Source of the DNA: Actinomycetota bacterium
GTDB taxonomy: Bacteria > Actinomycetota > Acidimicrobiia > Acidimicrobiales > JAMCPL01
DNA: 64,000 nucleotides
Assembly: GCA_023379675.1 (NCBI GenBank)
Contig: JAMCPL010000006.1
Span: forward strand, 12,957-76,956
Direction of reading: 5' to 3'
Shown here in pieces: positions 58,831 to 64,000 of this stretch (position 1 is the first letter of the stretch; every line of letters starts with the position of its first letter). The notes below the pieces were generated by a model. The model was not told the origin of the DNA. It searched no databases and saw nothing but the letters and a program-made list of their open reading frames with translations. The translations under genes were made by a program, and so were the position numbers.

Positions 58831-59451
58831 TCATTGGACCGTGAGTGATCCCGTCATGTATCCCGGGGTGACCATTGGTCCGCCCATACCGGTTGGTCCC
58901 GTTCCGCAAGGCGCCTCGCACTGCCAGGTGTAAGTGCCTGCTTTTGTGACATGGAAGGTGAAGGTGACCACTGCCGGTTCGCTCTCGCCTCCAGGGCCCG
59001 TGGTGGATGGCGCCGCAGGTATTGGAACATTCAATTGAAGTGATGCCACAGTAAAGGTGTGAGATATGTTCGCGTTAGGTATGGAAGTGACAGGACTTCC
59101 GTTGACGGTCTCGGTGCCACCTTCCACCTTATCGAATAGGGAGCCTGCTGAGAGTGGGGCGGTCCCGTTGTCGTAATTGTAGATGGTCAATACTACGGTG
59201 GTGTTGCTGGGGATGGCGAGATCGGCGGGAGAGAACTTTGGCCATCCCTTGTGGCTGATCATCCCTCCGGTAAGGATGGTCATTGACTCGTGGATGGTGG
59301 TCGGATGGGATGCCTGGCTGGTGGTGCTCGGGGTGTTGCTGCTGCATGCCGAAGCAACCAGTGCCAGCAGTGCCAGCAGTGACGGGATCAGCAGCCTTGC
59401 TTTGCGTCCCTCATGTGCCACATCGGATCCACCGGAAACGAACATCTTCAT
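58831..59451 (-). CDS. lipoprotein with cupredoxin domain resembling the cytochrome oxidase subunit II CuA domain
   Basis: AAGGAAGG lies upstream of the ATG. Signal peptide with the Cys lipobox LVASAC. ISHTF...YTWQCEAPCGTGPTGMGGPM resembles HSF...YxGQCAELCGxxHxxM of CoxII. Confidence 0.7.
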   Translation of the reverse strand: MKMFVSGGSDVAHEGRKARLLIPSLLALLALVASACSSNTPSTTSQASHPTTIHESMTILTGGMISHKGWPKFSPADLAIPSNTTVVLTIYNYDNGTAPLSAGSLFDKVEGGTETVNGSPVTSIPNANISHTFTVASLQLNVPIPAAPSTTGPGGESEPAVVTFTFHVTKAGTYTWQCEAPCGTGPTGMGGPMVTPGYMTGSLTVQ

Positions 59452-59474
59452 TTTGCCTTCCTTTCAATAATTCG

Positions 59475-59503
59475 AGTATGAGTTTTCCTTCAATACTGGG
59501 CAA
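59475..59503 (-). promoter_or_regulatory. candidate promoter of the cupredoxin/NrfCD operon (TTGCCC-17-CATACT)
   Basis: On the minus strand, ttgccc is at 59503-59498, followed by a 17-nt spacer and catact at 59480-59475. It lies about 24 nt upstream of the start codon at 59451. Confidence 0.3.
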
Positions 59504-59785
59504 CGAGCCTTTGTGTGAGTGTGAACTCTAACTGGCACTTACACGAGACAGGTGCTCATAGGTGTAAGTATGGCGGATTACCGGCGGGAATGAAACGGTG
59601 AAATGCCCTACGTATGGATGGTGATTACCCGTAACTGATTGGAGCAGCGGTACAGGTAAACACGTATGTACTGGTAGGTGCATACGTAGGTAATTGGCCA
59701 GTGTCGTTTATGGCAGGTTGAACGGAAGGAAGCATGCGGACGAGTCGCTTTGGATGCATTCAGGAAAAGCCGTTAGGCTGGTGGT

Positions 59786-61867
59786 ATGGAAATAGGAACC
59801 GGCATGGAACGCGGCGGAGCGCCTGGTAACGTACTCTGGACGCCATCACGTGAATACATGGAAAAATCTCGCCTTGCAGGATTCATGCAATGGTTGGTGG
59901 AGGAGAAAGGATTGCACTTTGGCAGTTACGATCAGCTCTGGGAGTGGTCTGTCACCGATCTGGAAGGGTTCTGGTCGTCGGTATGGTCGTATTTCGGCGT
60001 GCGTTCCGAGACGCCTTACAGCGTCGCTCTGCTGGTTCCGCAGATGCCTGGGGCGTCCTGGTTCCCTGGCGCCCGGCTGAACTACGCCGAGCACGCACTC
60101 CAGCCACTTGATGGTAAAGCGCTTGATGCACCAGCGATCGTGTCGCTTAGCCAGACGAGAGAACGCGTCGAGCTTAGTATGAGCGATCTGCGAGGTGAGG
60201 TTGCCAGGGCGGCAATGGGCCTAAAGGCACTTGGGGTGGGCAAAGGGGACAGGGTGGCCGCCTACGTGCCCAATGTCTCGGAAACGATTGTGATGTTCTT
60301 GGCCACTGCGGCCCTGGGGGCGATCTGGTGTTCCTGCGCCATCGAGTTTGGCGCCAAGGCCGTAATAGACAGGCTGGGGCAAATTGGTCCGAAGGTGCTG
60401 ATGGTGGTGGACGGGTACCGTTACGGGGACAAGGTGGTCGACAGGAGAGCTGAAGTCGCCACCGTACGCGACGCGCTGGGGAGCGTGGAGACTACTGTAT
60501 ACTTACCGTATCTGTCCGATGATCATGCTGGCGTTCCGGACGCAATTACCTATGAGGAGCTGCTTTCCGGCAAGGCGGGCGAGGTCACTTTTGAACAGGT
60601 CCCGTTCGATCATCCCCTCTACATTCTCTTCTCTTCTGGCACTACCGGGTTACCAAAGGCGATTGTGCACTGCCATGGCGGTATTCTTGTCGAGCATTTG
60701 AAAGTACTTGGTCTGCATCAGGGGCTTGGCCGTGATGACAAGTTCTTCTGGTTTACGACAACCGGCTGGATGATGTGGAATTATCTCGTGTCAGGGCTGC
60801 TGATGGGGAGTGCCATCGTCTGCTTTGACGGCAATCCCGGTTGGCCGGATCTGGAGATGCTGTGGCGGATGGCGGGTGACGAGCGGATCACCTATTTCGG
60901 TACATCGGCAGCTTACATCATGAGTTGCCGTAAGGCCGGTATAGCGCTGGTGGGTGGTGTCGATCTTTCCAATCTGGTCGGCATAGGCTCCACCGGCTCC
61001 CCGCTTCCGGTCGAGGGGTTCGAGTGGGTGTACAGTTCGGTCAAGTCGGATGTACATCTGTCGTCGATCAGCGGCGGTACCGATATCTGCAGCGCGTTTG
61101 TGGGTAGTAGCCCGTTCCATCCGGTACGAGCAGGCGTGATTGCCTGCAGGATGCTGGGAGCCAAGGTGGATGCTTATGACGATGAGGGCAATCCTGTGAT
61201 CGGCGAGCAGGGGGAGTTGGTGGTTACCGCCCCGATGCCCTCGATGCCGGTAGGGTTCTTCGGTGATCCCGATGGCGATCGTTACAAGGAGGCATATTTT
61301 GACAAGTTTCCAGGAGTATGGCGCCACGGGGACTGGATTACCATATACCCGGACGGCTCCTGTGTAATATCGGGAAGATCGGATGCCACCCTCAACCGTG
61401 GTGGTGTCCGGATGGGTACCAGCGAGATATATGCGGTGCTGGACGCGCTGCCCGAGGTGGCGGATAGCCTGGTGGTCCACATCGAACATACAGGGGATAT
61501 AGGAGACGCAGGAGAACTGGCTGTTTTCGTGGTGGTAGATGCAGGCAGGGAGCTGGACGAGGAGCTGGTGGCGCACATAAAGAGCGTGGTGCGCACATCA
61601 CTGTCCCCGCGCTACGTCCCTGACTCGATATACGAGATTGGCGAAGTTCCCCGCACCCTGTCAGGCAAGAAGCTGGAGGTCCCGGTGAAGAGAATACTGG
61701 AGGGGGCTGCGGTCGAGCAGGTGGTGAGCCGCGAGTCGCTTGCCAACCCGAGCGCACTTGATGAAGTGGTCGCATTGGCCAGAGCGCGGCGTGCCGGCGG
61801 TGCTGGTGCTGGTGCCGGCGGAGATACCGGCGGTGCTGGTGCTGGTGCCGGTGATACCGATGGCTGA
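59786..61867 (+). CDS. acetoacetyl-CoA synthetase (acetoacetate--CoA ligase)
   Basis: N-terminus VLWTPSxE...QLWEWSVTDLEGFWSSVW, AMP-binding FSSGTTGLPKAIVH and SGRSDATLNRGGVRMGTSEIY. Gly/Ala-rich repeat tail. Confidence 0.85.
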   Translation: MEIGTGMERGGAPGNVLWTPSREYMEKSRLAGFMQWLVEEKGLHFGSYDQLWEWSVTDLEGFWSSVWSYFGVRSETPYSVALLVPQMPGASWFPGARLNYAEHALQPLDGKALDAPAIVSLSQTRERVELSMSDLRGEVARAAMGLKALGVGKGDRVAAYVPNVSETIVMFLATAALGAIWCSCAIEFGAKAVIDRLGQIGPKVLMVVDGYRYGDKVVDRRAEVATVRDALGSVETTVYLPYLSDDHAGVPDAITYEELLSGKAGEVTFEQVPFDHPLYILFSSGTTGLPKAIVHCHGGILVEHLKVLGLHQGLGRDDKFFWFTTTGWMMWNYLVSGLLMGSAIVCFDGNPGWPDLEMLWRMAGDERITYFGTSAAYIMSCRKAGIALVGGVDLSNLVGIGSTGSPLPVEGFEWVYSSVKSDVHLSSISGGTDICSAFVGSSPFHPVRAGVIACRMLGAKVDAYDDEGNPVIGEQGELVVTAPMPSMPVGFFGDPDGDRYKEAYFDKFPGVWRHGDWITIYPDGSCVISGRSDATLNRGGVRMGTSEIYAVLDALPEVADSLVVHIEHTGDIGDAGELAVFVVVDAGRELDEELVAHIKSVVRTSLSPRYVPDSIYEIGEVPRTLSGKKLEVPVKRILEGAAVEQVVSRESLANPSALDEVVALARARRAGGAGAGAGGDTGGAGAGAGDTDG

Positions 61868-62831
61868 AGCCACCGCACGCATGGGCATACCGGGCCTCCC
61901 GCAACGTTTTCGCGGATCCAATATTGCCGGAGAGGTACAAATATACGAGGTGTCGCCGCGCGATGGACTCCAGGCGGAGCGCGAGAAGGTTCCAACTGGC
62001 GTGAAGGTGGAGCTTATCCAGCGCTTGGCCGCTGCGGGGTTGCGTGCCATTGAAGCAACGAGCTTCGTCTCGCCCCGCTGGGTTCCGCAACTAGGCGATG
62101 CGGAGGAGGTGACATCTGCACTGGACATGAGTGGCCCGGTGCGTTACCCGGTGCTCGTGCCAAATCTGAAGGGCCTGCAGAGAGCCATGGACGCTGGAGC
62201 AAGGGAGATAGCCGTCTTTGCGAGCGCAACGGAATCCTTTGCCAGGAACAATCTCAACACCACGGTGGACGGTGCGTTGGAGATGTTCGAGCCGGTGATC
62301 GCCACGGCGCGTGAGCATGGGATGCCTGTCCGGGGCTACATATCCATGTGTTTCGGTGATCCGTGGGAAGGAGCCGTCCAGCCTGGTCAGGTGGTCTATG
62401 TTGCCGCTAAGCTGGTGGAGTCAGGCTGTACGTCACTATCGCTTGGTGATACAATTGGAACGGGTACACCTGGGCATGTCCTTGCCTTGCTGGATGCCCT
62501 GAAGAGTGGCGGGGTCGGAGCGGATATGCTCGCACTCCACTTCCATGACACTTACGGTCAGGCGCTGGCCAACGTCTGTGCGGCCTTGGGTGCAGGGGTG
62601 AGAGAGTTCGACAGCTCTGCGGGCGGGCTCGGAGGGTGCCCGTACGCGAAGAGTGCGACCGGCAACCTTGCCACAGAGGATCTTGTCTGGATGCTCAACG
62701 GCCTCGACATCGAAACGGGTGTGGATTTGGATTTGCTGATCGGCACCAGTGTATGGATGGCGGAGCGACTGCACCGCCCCTCACCGTCAAGGGTGGTGAA
62801 TGCGCTGGCAGGATCGGAATGTGATGTGTAG
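61860..62831 (+). CDS. hydroxymethylglutaryl-CoA lyase
   Basis: VQIYEVSPRDGLQ, the HFHDTYGQA metal site and GLGGCPYA. The ATG at 61860 overlaps the upstream stop, and the ATG at 61881 is an alternative. Confidence 0.85.
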   Translation: MAEATARMGIPGLPQRFRGSNIAGEVQIYEVSPRDGLQAEREKVPTGVKVELIQRLAAAGLRAIEATSFVSPRWVPQLGDAEEVTSALDMSGPVRYPVLVPNLKGLQRAMDAGAREIAVFASATESFARNNLNTTVDGALEMFEPVIATAREHGMPVRGYISMCFGDPWEGAVQPGQVVYVAAKLVESGCTSLSLGDTIGTGTPGHVLALLDALKSGGVGADMLALHFHDTYGQALANVCAALGAGVREFDSSAGGLGGCPYAKSATGNLATEDLVWMLNGLDIETGVDLDLLIGTSVWMAERLHRPSPSRVVNALAGSECDV

Positions 62832-62873
62832 GTGACCCCGGCAACAGTGGAGCCGCCTACAAGGTACGATCAG

Positions 62874-62882
62874 TGCTATAAT
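62874..62882 (+). promoter_or_regulatory. extended -10 element TGcTATAAT upstream of rnpB
   Basis: gtgctataat is identical to the -10 region of the leuA leader promoter. The predicted start (G near 62889) coincides with the 5' end of the RNase P P1 helix. Confidence 0.4.
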
Positions 62883-62888
62883 CACACC

Positions 62889-63264
<376 letters not shown>

Positions 63265-63274
63265 CATCTCCACA

Positions 63275-63562
63275 TTGACTTCGATGCGCTGCATTGCAGT
63301 CGATGACATCGGGTTGCTTCCTATCTCGGCTGATGCTGCAGAAGGACTCTACCGCTTGGTGGATGCCGCATATGAGAAAAGATCAATAGCGGTATCGTCC
63401 AATATTCACCCGTCGGGATTCGACCAGCTTATGGACAAGACCATAGCATCTGCACTCGTGGATCGGCTATTGCACCATGCCCATGTGATAGTTACCTCTG
63501 GCGAGTCAATACGCCTCGTCGATGCCACCTCAGGAAAGGGGGTGACGCCACTGGCAGGTTGA
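63275..63562 (+). mobile_element. 5'-truncated IS21-family istB (helper ATPase) fragment
   Basis: Only the C-terminal roughly 90 aa are present: AVDDIGLLPI...LYRLVDAAYEKRSIAVSSN...ALVDRLLHHAHVIVTSGESIRL. The Walker A region is absent. Confidence 0.7.
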
Positions 63563-63611
63563 TGTGATATAACACATAGTGGCCGTCCGTGGGGAATTCT
63601 CATGGCCATTG

Positions 63612-64000
63612 ACAGTGCTCCCCGGCTACAAGGGCACCGCCGTCCACGACCGGCTCGCCATGTACTTCAACTACACCGGTGCACGTCACGGAGTGTGCGG
63701 AGCCCATCTCATCCGCAACCTGGCCTCGGTGGCGGTCGTGTGGAACCAGACCGAGTGGGCGGAAGCCATGATCGCTTCGCTTATCGAGATGAAGTGTGCC
63801 GCCGAAGATGCCCGGGCAGCCGGCAGGAAGCGTCTTGGTGCCAAGGTGTTTGCCTCCTTCTTGGCTCGCTACGACAGAATCGTTGAGCTGGGACAAGACG
63901 GCCAATCCCTGCCCGACCTGGCGCAAGCGGGACTACGTGGAGAAGGAGTCCTACAACCTCGCCTGTGCGCTACGCGACCTGAAACCAGAGGTCACGCTCT
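63612..64000 (+). mobile_element. second, 5'-truncated copy of the IS66-family transposase sequence, running off the window
   Basis: Reads LPGYKGTAVHDRLAMYFNYTGARHGVCGAHLIRNL...FLARYDRIVELGQDG. It is about 90% identical at the nucleotide level to 27783-28150, in the same orientation. Confidence 0.75.

Noticed and set aside
60791-62128. Several long minus-strand ORFs (261, 232, 155 and 127 aa)
   Set aside because: They are antisense to the acetoacetyl-CoA synthetase and HMG-CoA lyase genes, are Arg/Pro-rich and have no motifs.

Overview
This 64-kb window looks like core chromosome from a moderately high-GC actinobacterium. The evidence for that is two WhiB-family regulators, the gene orders manB/Trm112/SIS-isomerase/ahcY/secA/prfB/ftsE/ftsX and gap-pgk-tpiA-secG, a menH/menD pair, and a three-gene sdh operon with a single large membrane anchor. 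I suspect class Acidimicrobiia but cannot show it from sequence alone. Gene density is high on both strands. Most of the long extra ORFs in the six-frame track are antisense artefacts typical of GC-rich DNA.

Two patches are accessory or decayed:
- About 23.2-23.8 kb holds a frameshifted MNT/HEPN toxin-antitoxin remnant.
- About 27.5-29.0 kb holds a frameshifted IS66-family transposase next to a truncated beta-helix protein gene.
- A second, 5'-truncated copy of the same IS66 sequence and an IS21 istB fragment sit at 63.3-64.0 kb, directly against a clear RNase P RNA gene (about 62889-63264).

The most unusual locus is a six-gene minus-strand operon at 54425-59451. It encodes a Tat-exported four-cluster ferredoxin (NrfC/PsrB/ActB-like), a 508-aa NrfD/PsrC/ActC-like membrane subunit, two cupredoxin-domain proteins with CuA-like Cys-x3-Cys motifs, and two small anchored proteins. 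None of the six has a CxxCH heme motif, and no molybdopterin subunit is present. I read it as a candidate undescribed quinone-to-copper-protein respiratory module.

Other points of interest:
- a promoter, Leu-codon mini-ORF and intrinsic terminator upstream of leuA
- compensated substitutions in the RNase P P4 helix
- an HtrA-like protein that appears to lack the catalytic His and Asp
- several in-frame Gly-rich repeat insertions in housekeeping proteins

No CRISPR array, tRNA, rRNA or tmRNA was recognised. All calls rest on motif recognition by eye. No database search was run, and RNA and promoter ends are approximate (+/- 5-10 nt).
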